Part shown: positions 29,036 to 37,483 of the stretch, piece by piece
Numbering within the stretch: the stretch's first letter is position 1
How the letters are laid out: every line of letters starts with the position of its first letter
Source: a virus
IMG/VR virus record: IMGVR_UViG_3300046167_000873
Span: 86,921-150,920 of that record
DNA length: 64,000 nt
Strand: one strand, 5' to 3'
Made by a program: the position numbers and the translations under genes
Notes under the pieces: generated by a model
The model's input: only the letters and a program-made list of their open reading frames with translations
Told to the model about the DNA's origin: nothing
Databases searched by the model: none

Positions 29036-29184
29036 TCTTCCTCCTCAATCCATGCCTGTATGTAATTATTCGAAAACATAGTTTCCGCGATACGATTAGC
29101 GGCCTGCCAGTCAATAGCCTGAATCGTTATCCTGCCTAGTGTGCCTTCGGTGGTGTGTATCAGATCAATAGTATAAGTTTTCAT
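29032..29184 (-). CDS. Hypothetical protein (50 aa)
   Basis: Manual translation MKTYTIDLIHTTEGTLGRITIQAIDW...WIEEEE*. Confidence 0.55.
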   Translation of the reverse strand: MKTYTIDLIHTTEGTLGRITIQAIDWQAANRIAETMFSNNYIQAWIEEEE

Positions 29185-29190
29185 GATTCA

Positions 29191-29337
29191 TCAAACTCCA
29201 TCTTCTTGTATTTCATAAGACACCCAGCGCCAGTCCAACATAAACTCACCATGGCTCTGCGCGTCACTCTGGCAGTCATAGGGGCCTTCTGGATCTAGCT
29301 CCCCTCCGTCTCGGTCAAACATTACCACCCAGTACAT
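29191..29337 (-). CDS. Hypothetical protein
   Basis: MYWVVMFDRDGG..GPYDCQSDAQ; GAGGAG RBS supports the internal start. Confidence 0.6.
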   Translation of the reverse strand: MYWVVMFDRDGGELDPEGPYDCQSDAQSHGEFMLDWRWVSYEIQEDGV

Positions 29338-29377
29338 TATTCGTTCTCCTCTACAGGCATTGCTAGTGCCTAGTTCG

Positions 29378-29599
29378 TTAGCAGCCTTGGTCGTGATCCT
29401 TCTTGGCCTCGTCCCAAGCCACATCACACATCTCAGCGATAATGTCGGCCTGCAGGGAGTCAGTTACGTCGTTAGTGCCGAGTGTTGCTTTAACAACAAT
29501 TGAAAAAGGGTCTAACTGTCCGTCCTTATTGTGCCAGTAGACCACGTATTTAGCGTCCTGACCGTAAAAGATGAAACTCTTAATTAGTCCTTGCTTCAT
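29378..29599 (-). CDS. Hypothetical early protein
   Basis: Start MKQGLI directly after cassette copy 2. Confidence 0.7.
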   Translation of the reverse strand: MKQGLIKSFIFYGQDAKYVVYWHNKDGQLDPFSIVVKATLGTNDVTDSLQADIIAEMCDVAWDEAKKDHDQGC

Positions 29600-29666
29600 A
29601 ATATTTTGTCTCTTCAATTAAAGTTGATGAAACCATTCTACAATAGTTTTTTTGAGAAGTAAACAC
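29600..29666 (-). promoter_or_regulatory. Early promoter-leader cassette, copy 2
   Basis: GTGTTTACT-17-TAGAAT; leader GGTTTCATCAA..TTGAAGAGACAAAATATTATG. Confidence 0.8.
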
Positions 29667-29673
29667 ATTTTAT

Positions 29674-29883
29674 TCACTCTCCCTCCAACTCTCCTACTCT
29701 TTCAAACTTTGGATCTTCTTGTTGTGTTACCTTCCACACCACACCTTCCGAGATAAACACTGTACCGCGGTAGTCATTATCACGTAGCTGCTTCGATAAC
29801 TTAGATTTGCGGCTATGCAAATTTAGATCCGCCTTTCCAATTCGCTGTGATTCTTCAAGCAACTTCTCTAGTTGTTTAATCAT
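29674..29883 (-). CDS. Hypothetical protein
   Basis: Small ORF in a tightly packed - strand run. Confidence 0.6.
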   Translation of the reverse strand: MIKQLEKLLEESQRIGKADLNLHSRKSKLSKQLRDNDYRGTVFISEGVVWKVTQQEDPKFERVGELEGE

Positions 29884-29885
29884 TA

Positions 29886-30134
29886 TTAATCCGCCCATTC
29901 ACTGTAAGTCATCAACGTTCCAAACTTTTTGAGTAATCCTTTTTCGACAGCTTTCATTTCTATGTCACGCATCTTTTTTTCACAATCCCTCACCACCTTG
30001 GCAGACGGTGTCATACTTGTACCATTTTTACGTATTGTAGGGAAATTTGATGAATCATTACGATAGTAAACTCTTGCCTCTCCAAGCATTCTACTACGAT
30101 AACATAGCTCATAGAGAATTTCTTTTTTCTTCAT
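29886..30134 (-). CDS. Hypothetical protein
   Basis: 82 aa ORF, AAGGA RBS. Confidence 0.65.
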   Translation of the reverse strand: MKKKEILYELCYRSRMLGEARVYYRNDSSNFPTIRKNGTSMTPSAKVVRDCEKKMRDIEMKAVEKGLLKKFGTLMTYSEWAD

Positions 30135-30141
30135 AGTATGT

Positions 30142-30477
30142 TTATCCTTCTTTCTCTAGATCCCAAACACCACGTCTGTCTTTGGCATCAGGCAGTCTAT
30201 TGCGAATTACCCAGGTATGTCCATTCTTTTCAGCCTCTTGAAATATCATTGCTGTTATAAAGAATCCGCCAATCACTAGAAGATGACCGCCTACGCTGTA
30301 GATGCCATAATAGATAGTATAACCTGCCCATGCAGTAAAAATTGCAGACCACATTACACTGAGATAAAACATCAGAATAAACTGAGTGTACGGGCTGGGT
30401 ATATGCCGCAAAGGATTGATCTTTAGATCGAAGAAAAAGTTATATAAATCGTAAATCCAAAATCCTACTTTCTTCAT
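30142..30477 (-). CDS. Hypothetical membrane protein
   Basis: NPLRHIP followed by two hydrophobic helices; likely start MKKVGF. Confidence 0.7.
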   Translation of the reverse strand: MKKVGFWIYDLYNFFFDLKINPLRHIPSPYTQFILMFYLSVMWSAIFTAWAGYTIYYGIYSVGGHLLVIGGFFITAMIFQEAEKNGHTWVIRNRLPDAKDRRGVWDLEKEG

Positions 30478-30941
30478 TATTGGTTTTCTCCATTTAACCA
30501 CTTTTGTGCTTGTTCAGGCGTGAGACGATATCGTCTAATGCCGTTATCGGTTCTGTACAAATCCCATTGGTCCTGATCTTCCCAGTTCTTCAACTTGGAA
30601 TCGTCGTTAGTTGTAAGGATGTATTGTACGTGCGGGAATACTTCAGGACAAGAAAGCGTCACCCAATCGAATGGATCAATTTTGACGATGTCGTCTTCAG
30701 TAAACGTCCAACTGGCCACAATTATAGGCTGGTGCCACTTTTGATATTGCTCTGCGGTGAGGTGATACCGTGGAATACCACCACCATTATCACTTTCACT
30801 GATCCGGTGCAATCGCCATTCATCTTCATCTTCCCAGTTATGATTATCCGCCCTTTTCTCTATACACATATGAGGCGAGCAGTCGGATGACATCGCGACG
30901 AACTCAAAGTGGGGTTTGTTTGGGGTTTCTGTTTTACTCAT
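30477..30941 (-). CDS. Hypothetical protein with two WEDxDxW/RYxLTxEQ domains
   Basis: Internal duplication visible in the translation; AGGAGA RBS before MSKTET. Confidence 0.75.
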   Translation of the reverse strand: MSKTETPNKPHFEFVAMSSDCSPHMCIEKRADNHNWEDEDEWRLHRISESDNGGGIPRYHLTAEQYQKWHQPIIVASWTFTEDDIVKIDPFDWVTLSCPEVFPHVQYILTTNDDSKLKNWEDQDQWDLYRTDNGIRRYRLTPEQAQKWLNGENQ

Positions 30942-31171
30942 TGAGGTTTCTCCTGTTTGGTACGGAACTTTTCCCATTGCTCGGCAGTGAGATGATACCG
31001 TCTATACCCACCGGACGTCGTGGTCGAAAGACCGAGGTCTTGCCATTCGTCTTCATCTTCCCAGTTTAAGACCGAGCCAGACCTTTTTTCCACTCTAATA
31101 CTAAAAGGCGGCTCTGGCTTATCCCACGAAAACACTACAAAGTTGTCATCAAAGTTGTCATCATCATTCAT
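30938..31171 (-). CDS. Hypothetical protein with one WEDxDxW/RYxLTxEQ domain
   Basis: Paralogous to the downstream gene. Confidence 0.75.
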   Translation of the reverse strand: MNDDDNFDDNFVVFSWDKPEPPFSIRVEKRSGSVLNWEDEDEWQDLGLSTTTSGGYRRYHLTAEQWEKFRTKQEKPQ

Positions 31172-31391
31172 TTAAATCTCTCCTTAGTTCTTCAGTCCAC
31201 TCTTCGAGTTGTCCTAGATCTATACCGTATTGAGCTTTAAACGCTGCGCCCGGCGTCATATTCTGGAATTTGCCATCGGCAGCCTGTATTGATTCTCTCG
31301 AATTCAGCTCAAATATCTTGGTAAGATATTTTATCTCCCACATTGTTGAGAGCATTTGATCTTTAATTAAAGTTAAATCTTGGGATTTCAT
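31164..31391 (-). CDS. Hypothetical protein
   Basis: 75 aa coupled ORF. Confidence 0.65.
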   Translation of the reverse strand: MKSQDLTLIKDQMLSTMWEIKYLTKIFELNSRESIQAADGKFQNMTPGAAFKAQYGIDLGQLEEWTEELRRDLNE

Positions 31392-31555
31392 TTCTTGTTC
31401 CTCGTTTTACACTTGCCGCTCATACACATCGGGCAGTAGTGCTTTCTATCTTCGTGCTCAAAACCATACGCTATTATAACACTACATCCGTCACAGAGCA
31501 AGGCTCCTCTACCGCCATTAAACTTGACTTGTGCAATCTTATACTTGCTCGCCAT
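31388..31555 (-). CDS. Small zinc-finger-like protein
   Basis: KFNGGRGALLCDGC...HYCPMC, two CxxC pairs. Confidence 0.65.
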   Translation of the reverse strand: MASKYKIAQVKFNGGRGALLCDGCSVIIAYGFEHEDRKHYCPMCMSGKCKTRNKK

Positions 31556-31764
31556 TAGGCTATGATCCACTCGTGGTCTTCTTCACTCGGCCACAATGTA
31601 AGTGTTTCTACACGACGTTTTTCTGCATAGTCATGTGTGTACCACGTACCACCTTCAACTGACCAATTCTGAACATCACAAAATATCTGTCCATCTTCTT
31701 TGAATACTTCGACACTAGCTTCTACTTCAAGGAGGCCGGTTTCGTGAATTACATTAAAAACCAT
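31555..31764 (-). CDS. Hypothetical early protein (paralogue family A)
   Basis: Start MVFNVI after cassette copy 3. Confidence 0.7.
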   Translation of the reverse strand: MVFNVIHETGLLEVEASVEVFKEDGQIFCDVQNWSVEGGTWYTHDYAEKRRVETLTLWPSEEDHEWIIA

Positions 31765-31843
31765 AATATTTTCTCTCTTCAATTAAGTGGTTAACTTCAT
31801 TTGATGTAACCATTCTACGATAGTTTTTTTAACAAGTAAACAC
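31765..31843 (-). promoter_or_regulatory. Early promoter-leader cassette, copy 3
   Basis: GTGTTTACT-17-TAGAAT; CATCAAATGAAGTTAACC..TTGAAGAGAGAAAATATTATG. Confidence 0.85.
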
Positions 31844-31847
31844 TTTT

Positions 31848-32078
31848 TTAAATTTCTCGAGGCAACGGCATCCAATGAGTAAACTTCTCATCCCATGCAA
31901 AACTATCCTTGAAAATATTGTACGTGTCACCGTACGCCCCATTACATAAATGGTAGGTTTTACCATTCATATCGATTATCTCTCCGACAACGATTAGCGG
32001 CCGATTTTCATCGAATATCTTTATTAGCACGATGTTCTGATCACGCGGGGTTTTTGCGTTAATAAGTTCCATGCTCAT
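31848..32078 (-). CDS. Hypothetical protein (DUF551-like C-terminus)
   Basis: Terminal THWMPLP motif. Confidence 0.65.
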   Translation of the reverse strand: MSMELINAKTPRDQNIVLIKIFDENRPLIVVGEIIDMNGKTYHLCNGAYGDTYNIFKDSFAWDEKFTHWMPLPREI

Positions 32079-32082
32079 CTCC

Positions 32083-32319
32083 TTAGTTAGCGCCTACGCT
32101 AATTCGATTTTCAAAGCGAGTGAGCATTAAGAACTCTTGTGCTTTGATGCCAAAGTTTTGAAGCTCTGAAGTGTGGTAACCGCCAGGCGAATACACTTTA
32201 ACGGTGTCTTCACTATCCATCAGCTGCATCGTCACTTCATGCTGAATAGGATCGATACCATTTAGCTTTGCACCAACTTGAGCAATAACCCAACCATCTT
32301 GCATTTTAAATTCACTCAT
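32083..32319 (-). CDS. Hypothetical protein
   Basis: 78 aa ORF, AGGAGA RBS. Confidence 0.7.
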   Translation of the reverse strand: MSEFKMQDGWVIAQVGAKLNGIDPIQHEVTMQLMDSEDTVKVYSPGGYHTSELQNFGIKAQEFLMLTRFENRISVGAN

Positions 32320-32332
32320 AGGTAGTTCTCCT

Positions 32333-32497
32333 TTAGTTTGTGTTATTCATGCACAGTAGATCAGTTTTTAACTCAGCTAAATAAGCTAGAGTTTCTTCAG
32401 TGATCGTATCTGGGCGGACGCTGTTGACATAGTTGATACAGTCAATTGCAGTTTTAAGTGCAGTCAATTTCTCTTGCGGATTAGAAATCTCCTTCAT
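32333..32497 (-). CDS. Hypothetical protein (54 aa)
   Basis: Manual translation MKEISNPQEKLTALKTAIDCINYVNS...NNTN*; fills the gap. Confidence 0.5.
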   Translation of the reverse strand: MKEISNPQEKLTALKTAIDCINYVNSVRPDTITEETLAYLAELKTDLLCMNNTN

Positions 32498-32729
32498 GAT
32501 TTAAACGCCTCTTTACGTAATCAATGTCGTATTCAATAGTCGACCATAAAACATTTTTATCTGTTACCTGCCTATTAACTTTGGTAAATCCAGCCGGTAT
32601 AACCTCAGGCTGTTCTATACCATCGCATAATATAAGTTCTGCAAGTTCATTGATTTCACGCTTTGCATCAGCACATGTAACGCGAGAATGTAGCTGACGC
32701 AATTTTTCATAGATCTCTAGTTGATTCAT
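32481..32729 (-). CDS. Hypothetical protein
   Basis: 82 aa ORF, GGAG RBS. Confidence 0.65.
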   Translation of the reverse strand: MNQLEIYEKLRQLHSRVTCADAKREINELAELILCDGIEQPEVIPAGFTKVNRQVTDKNVLWSTIEYDIDYVKRRLNHEGDF

Positions 32730-32731
32730 AA

Positions 32732-32932
32732 TTACTCCGCAAATCCTGATTCATACTCTTCTTCAGCTAGTTCACACAGAAGCGCGTAAAGAGCATCTGA
32801 AGGAGCGGCCTTCATTTCTTGGCCTTCTAACCACCACTTCATAACTTCACTAGCATCTTCTCGCGCAGGATCAACCCACACATTAGCAGAAACTTCAATA
32901 ACGCCTTGTTCCAAAATAACTTCTAATTGCAT
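32732..32932 (-). CDS. Hypothetical early protein (paralogue family A)
   Basis: Start MQLEVI after cassette copy 4. Confidence 0.7.
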   Translation of the reverse strand: MQLEVILEQGVIEVSANVWVDPAREDASEVMKWWLEGQEMKAAPSDALYALLCELAEEEYESGFAE

Positions 32933-33010
32933 AATATTTTCTCGCTTCAATCAATGGTTAACTTCATTTGATGTAACCATTCTACAATAGTTTTTTTAAC
33001 AAGTAAACAC
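32933..33010 (-). promoter_or_regulatory. Early promoter-leader cassette, copy 4
   Basis: GTGTTTACT-17-TAGAAT plus the conserved leader. Confidence 0.85.
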
Positions 33011-33054
33011 TTATTTGTCAAAAAAGATGATGATCCCGATGCATGACTGTGGCC

Positions 33055-33360
33055 CTAGCCCCAATGCAATTTAGCGTTGCTAAGGTCATGGGCTGACCAG
33101 CCCAACCCACTACACAAAAACGTATCAGCGGCGTCAGCCCAATTCATTCTGCCTAGAGTAGAACCTAGCTTCACCTCGACACCATCCTTGTGCGCGGACC
33201 AGGCGCGTCGCTCATTCCACTCACCAGCATCGATCACATCGGATCGCTCAAGCGTCCAACCGTTCTCGTTGATTAGGTCGAGCAGAAACCCCTTGGAGCC
33301 GACAAAAGAACTGCGACGGCCGTGGAGAGTTCCATGTATTCGGTTACCTGACTTAGCCAC
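33055..33360 (-). CDS. Hypothetical protein (GC-richer than its flanks)
   Basis: 101 aa, GTG start with AGGGGA RBS. Confidence 0.65.
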   Translation of the reverse strand: MAKSGNRIHGTLHGRRSSFVGSKGFLLDLINENGWTLERSDVIDAGEWNERRAWSAHKDGVEVKLGSTLGRMNWADAADTFLCSGLGWSAHDLSNAKLHWG

Positions 33361-33392
33361 AATCTTCCCCTTAGAGTTGAATTTCAGTAAAA

Positions 33393-33590
33393 TTAGAACG
33401 GATATCTACCGTCAAATGTAGCAGTGAGCTCGTAGTCTACGCTTTCGGTGTAATCAAACAACGCATTAAGAGTACACACGTAATCTAAAGTACTGAGGGG
33501 TTCCTCATAAGCGTGATGTGTTTTTTGCAGTGAACGTATCTCAGCTACAAGCTTATCATATGCTGCTGCTTTCATTTCTAAATCGGTCAT
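33393..33590 (-). CDS. Hypothetical early protein
   Basis: Start MTDLEM after cassette copy 5. Confidence 0.7.
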   Translation of the reverse strand: MTDLEMKAAAYDKLVAEIRSLQKTHHAYEEPLSTLDYVCTLNALFDYTESVDYELTATFDGRYPF

Positions 33591-33662
33591 AATATTTTCT
33601 CGCTTCAATGGTTAACTTCATTTGATGGAACAATTGTAAAATAGTTTTTTTCAAAAGTAAAC
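33591..33662 (-). promoter_or_regulatory. Early promoter-leader cassette, copy 5
   Basis: GTTTACT-17-TACAAT plus the conserved leader. Confidence 0.85.
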
Positions 33663-33664
33663 AA

Positions 33665-33841
33665 TTATTTTTTAGCTCTAGCAAGAGAACAAAGTTGATC
33701 ATGCTCCTTTCGTGACAGATCGCTAACAGGCATGGGTCGTCCATCCATGCTCCATTCTAATACTGCATCGCCACTATCATTAACCTCAACAGTTGCGAAG
33801 ACTATATCTGGGCCAAAGTCTGTTGTAACTCGTATAATCAT
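33665..33841 (-). CDS. Hypothetical protein (58 aa, paralogue family A)
   Basis: Manual translation MIIRVTTDFGPDIVFATVEVNDSGDAVLEWSMDGRPM...LCSLARAKK*; ATGA-coupled to the exonuclease. Confidence 0.6.
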   Translation of the reverse strand: MIIRVTTDFGPDIVFATVEVNDSGDAVLEWSMDGRPMPVSDLSRKEHDQLCSLARAKK

Positions 33842-34518
33842 CCTAATTTACCTTTGTGATAAAGATCGAAAAAATGCTCGGTGATTGGTTTCCAGTTGCT
33901 CAACGGTTCGTTGAATACAAGGGAACCTTCGCCATGGTTGACAGCCATGAGAATTACAAGTTGTTCAATATCGATATCGTAATGCTCTTTTACCATCTGA
34001 GCATACGCAGCACCTTGCATAAAATAAGATTTAATTTCACCTGCTGATTTAAACCTTTTTGATGTCTTATAATCAAGTATCGTATTTTTACCTTGATACT
34101 TGCAAATAAGATCAGATGTGCCTGCAGTTTTTAACTTATCTGAATACATCTGAAGCTCAACGCCATAGACAGTATCTACGTGTTCATCAAGATATGGTTT
34201 GATGACCTTAAACGTTTCAGATGCAATTGGATTCGGTGGTTTTTCTGGAGTTCTGCCTAGGACATAGTCTTCAGCAATATTGTGAACAGCAGTACCAGCT
34301 CGTGATGCTGTACCGGCAATCTTATTTGCTTTCTCATAACCAACTCGCTTTCTCCAAGCTTGAATTGATTTTCTGCTTAAGACACCGAGAGCTGATGTAA
34401 CTGAAACATACTTGTTACCTGATTCATTTACATACAGCCTCGGGCCATCACCTTTTCCATCAATTCTATTGAGTCGCACTGGTTCCAGTAATTTAAATTC
34501 TGCTTCAAACTTATCCAT
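33838..34518 (-). CDS. PD-(D/E)XK exonuclease (Cas4-like/RecB-type phage exonuclease)
   Basis: KYVSVTSAL, WRKRVG, GTAVH, AGTSDL, ILDYKTS, YFMQGAAYA. Confidence 0.9.
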   Translation of the reverse strand: MDKFEAEFKLLEPVRLNRIDGKGDGPRLYVNESGNKYVSVTSALGVLSRKSIQAWRKRVGYEKANKIAGTASRAGTAVHNIAEDYVLGRTPEKPPNPIASETFKVIKPYLDEHVDTVYGVELQMYSDKLKTAGTSDLICKYQGKNTILDYKTSKRFKSAGEIKSYFMQGAAYAQMVKEHYDIDIEQLVILMAVNHGEGSLVFNEPLSNWKPITEHFFDLYHKGKLG

Positions 34519-34548
34519 GGTATTTCCATCTTCAATTGTGTATTGAAC

Positions 34549-34577
34549 ATTCTATCATAGAATTGTAGGTTTGTACA
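34549..34577 (-). promoter_or_regulatory. Promoter TGTACA-N17-TAGAAT upstream of the exonuclease
   Basis: Exact 17-nt spacing, intergenic. Confidence 0.65.
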
Positions 34578-35351
34578 TCATGCAACAGATTTTATACTAA
34601 TGATCGAGTTACGATCTAGCAATTCGCTTTCTGCAATGATATATTCCCTTACAAATCCTGACCTCACAATATCATCGATACCAAATTCTATCTGAGTCAT
34701 CGATGGTACATTATTAAATACCTTCATTGCTGTCATCAGACCAGATTCTTGGTTATATCGAGAACTTGTAAGATCATCTTGTAATACATCGCCGCATAAT
34801 AGAATTCGACTATTTTCACCGACTCGAGTGAGTACTGTCTTTAATTCCATATACGATAAATTTTGTGCTTCATCCAAAATGATAATGCTATTATCAAATG
34901 TGGTTCCCCTTAGGAATGAAGTAGATTGGAATTCTACAAGACCTTTCTGCTTGAGGATGTCATATGCATCGCCTCTGGAAAATAATTCACTGCAGATAGA
35001 ACTGTATGGGGCCTCATAATTCGCCAACTTTTCTGACTCTTTACCTGGAAGGAAGCCAATGTCTTTTGTTGGTTGTGCGGATCGAATTATGGTAATCTTA
35101 TCATATCCTGATTCTGTATATTCAAAGAGATCATAAAGAGAAAGATATAGGGATAAGAAGGTTTTCCCGGTTCCTGGAGAACCGTGGAGAATGAGATGTT
35201 GACCATCGTCATATGCATCAAAAGTAAGCTTTTGATTATTTGTTTTTGGGTGGATAGTGTTTAATTTCATGCCTCTCTGGGGTACTCGATCGGACTCATC
35301 TAACACACCTTGCCTGCGAAGTGCCCGTCTTTTTCTTTTTGAAAGTGCCAT
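34578..35351 (-). CDS. phoH: PhoH-family ATPase
   Basis: GSPGTGKT, IGFLPG, FLRGTTF, ILDEAQN, TRVGENS, DDIVRSGFV. Confidence 0.95.
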   Translation of the reverse strand: MALSKRKRRALRRQGVLDESDRVPQRGMKLNTIHPKTNNQKLTFDAYDDGQHLILHGSPGTGKTFLSLYLSLYDLFEYTESGYDKITIIRSAQPTKDIGFLPGKESEKLANYEAPYSSICSELFSRGDAYDILKQKGLVEFQSTSFLRGTTFDNSIIILDEAQNLSYMELKTVLTRVGENSRILLCGDVLQDDLTSSRYNQESGLMTAMKVFNNVPSMTQIEFGIDDIVRSGFVREYIIAESELLDRNSIISIKSVA

Positions 35352-35417
35352 GTAAAACCCTTTTTGTTATGAATTAAGTTAACGACTAATAATATAGGGT
35401 TTAGTTTTCCTCCTTTT

Positions 35418-35651
35418 TTAGAATGTGTTTATATTTTCTCCTCGGCCTGAGGCCTTCTTAATTGATTTAAGAACATCACGGAATCCTTCATCAGGTTTCA
35501 TAGTGCCACTATCTCTTACAAGACCTTGGCCGCCTGAGATGACTTGGGTGAGTTCTGGATTGGCTTGTTTGAATTCATCAAGCTGTGACATACGTAATAT
35601 GTAGTCCTCAACTTCGCCTGATTCTATATGTTTAAAAGTATATGTTGGCAT
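35418..35651 (-). CDS. FmdB-like small protein
   Basis: MPTYTF..SGE..KPDEGFRDVL; commonly found upstream of phoH in T4-like phages. Confidence 0.7.
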   Translation of the reverse strand: MPTYTFKHIESGEVEDYILRMSQLDEFKQANPELTQVISGGQGLVRDSGTMKPDEGFRDVLKSIKKASGRGENINTF

Positions 35652-35655
35652 GGAC

Positions 35656-35850
35656 TTATTTATCCTTAACAACATCTTTAAAACGATAATATTCGTCCAT
35701 CCAGGTATGAGTAATTGCTTTACCTGTCATGGAACGGCCAGTATTCATACCTTGAGCTTGAACGCCTCTCAATGGCCCTTTACGGGCACCACCATCTGAA
35801 AATACTTTATCATACTCACGATGGATCTTATCTTTACGTGTTTTGCTCAT
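35656..35850 (-). CDS. Hypothetical protein
   Basis: 64 aa ORF, ATGA coupling. Confidence 0.6.
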   Translation of the reverse strand: MSKTRKDKIHREYDKVFSDGGARKGPLRGVQAQGMNTGRSMTGKAITHTWMDEYYRFKDVVKDK

Positions 35851-36269
35851 TTGAATAACTCCGGTAATGCCTCACTAACAGTCTTTAAAGTAATTCCTTT
35901 AATTGGTTTATTATCTTTAATGTCTAAAAGGAATTTAGCATCATCTCCATTAAGTGACTCTAACAGTTCAATAAACAAACTTTCCCTTCGGTTCCGCTTA
36001 ACAGCGTTTTGTGGATGATCAAAGAAATACTTTAGTTTCCTATATTCACGGTATAACCCGCCGTGATCATCGATCATATCTTCAGCCTCTTTATAAGGAG
36101 GCGAACCTTCAGGCAAACTAAATTTAATCCTATCATCGTATATTGTTTTTAAGATAACCATAGCGGCTGGAATACTACGAAGACCTTGTAGCTTTGTTAT
36201 CTTTTCTTTACGTGAACCAATTTCTCCTATTTCTTTGAGGAGGACCGATAGTTTTTTCAGTTGTGGCAT
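35847..36269 (-). CDS. Conserved T4-like hypothetical protein (DUF6433-like)
   Basis: FSLPEGSPPYK..LYREYRKL..RRESLFIELLESL; follows rnh. Confidence 0.8.
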   Translation of the reverse strand: MPQLKKLSVLLKEIGEIGSRKEKITKLQGLRSIPAAMVILKTIYDDRIKFSLPEGSPPYKEAEDMIDDHGGLYREYRKLKYFFDHPQNAVKRNRRESLFIELLESLNGDDAKFLLDIKDNKPIKGITLKTVSEALPELFK

Positions 36270-36270
36270 T

Positions 36271-37128
36271 TTAAAACTCCATTATGACATCTGTTAGATT
36301 TTTTAGTTTGTGTTTAATAAAGTAATTGAAAAGTTTATTACGTGGTTTGTTGTCCTGTTCTTTCAATTGCTGAAGCGATTCTGCCTTTATCCTTGCTGGG
36401 ACATTATCTAAGTCTATCATCATTTTGTTTCTAGCGTAATTACGCTTAAGTTCATCATTCATTCCATTCCAATCTTCGGTTGAAAGTATCTCATCAACTT
36501 TGGTTTGGCGGAGTTGCTTCTGACGCTTATCTACATTAACAAATGTATCATCATCAGATAAGAAATTAGGAACGCCATCACCAGAATCACCACGAAGAAT
36601 ATGCGTTGCAAGATATAGGTTAGCGTCCTTACAATCAATCCACTTTTTCTGAACTGGACTATATTGCTTGACGTTACTATATTTTTGGAGTTGTTGGAAA
36701 TCTTTATCGCTTGAAAGAATTAAAATAGGATCACCACCAAGCTCTCGCCCATATTCTTGAACGATACTTGCAATAATATCATCTGCTTCTGCTTTTTCTA
36801 TAAGAATAGTAGGATAAGGAAAGAATTCATAAATTTCTTCACGAATCTTATTCAGAATTCTGTAGACTTCATTCCAGTCAAATTGTGATTTTGTGCGGGC
36901 AGTTGCACGAGATGCTTTATAGTAGGGGTAAATTTCTTTTCGCCAGTTAGACGAAGAATCGCATGCAATAACTAATTGACCAAATTCTTTTTCAAATTGA
37001 TTTTTCGAAAGACGAATAGAATTAAGAATGGTATGGCGCACTAAATCTTCGTGAATCACACCATTAAAGTTTTTTGCTTCGGCCATAATACTAGCAATAG
37101 CTACATGATTAAAGTCTAAAATTATCAT
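36271..37128 (-). CDS. rnh: T4-type RNase H (5'-3' exonuclease)
   Basis: NWRKEIYPYYKASR, EADDII, ILSSDKDFQQLQ, ILRGDSGDGVPN. Confidence 0.95.
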   Translation of the reverse strand: MIILDFNHVAIASIMAEAKNFNGVIHEDLVRHTILNSIRLSKNQFEKEFGQLVIACDSSSNWRKEIYPYYKASRATARTKSQFDWNEVYRILNKIREEIYEFFPYPTILIEKAEADDIIASIVQEYGRELGGDPILILSSDKDFQQLQKYSNVKQYSPVQKKWIDCKDANLYLATHILRGDSGDGVPNFLSDDDTFVNVDKRQKQLRQTKVDEILSTEDWNGMNDELKRNYARNKMMIDLDNVPARIKAESLQQLKEQDNKPRNKLFNYFIKHKLKNLTDVIMEF

Positions 37129-37162
37129 TAAAAAATCTCCATCATAATGATATATATACTAT

Positions 37163-37483
37163 TTAAAAATCAAACTCAAGCTGTTCTTCAGAGCTTTCTT
37201 GATACTTTAACGATAGATTATACATCGTCCTTGATAAATCTTGAATAGGGTGATGTAGCTTCTCTGCTTTATACATAACTGATTTAATCGCCTCATATGC
37301 CATTGATATATCTATGATGTAGTCGTCTGATGTAACGTCATATCCATCTTCTATGAGAGTGAATACAACATCATCAAAAATATCATCGCAGTACATCTCT
37401 ATTCTATTTACAATTTCAAGAATATCTTCGCCGCTAGATTCTGTGGGTTTATTTACCCCAGGGAATTGTATAATTTCACCCAT
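37163..37483 (-). CDS. Conserved hypothetical protein
   Basis: IIQFP N-terminus and YEAIKS..HHPIQ motif; upstream of rnh. Confidence 0.7.
   Translation of the reverse strand: MGEIIQFPGVNKPTESSGEDILEIVNRIEMYCDDIFDDVVFTLIEDGYDVTSDDYIIDISMAYEAIKSVMYKAEKLHHPIQDLSRTMYNLSLKYQESSEEQLEFDF

Noticed and set aside
33838-34518. Cas4-like nuclease as a sign of a CRISPR system
   Set aside because: It is a stand-alone exonuclease common in T4-like phages near phoH, with no array or other cas genes.
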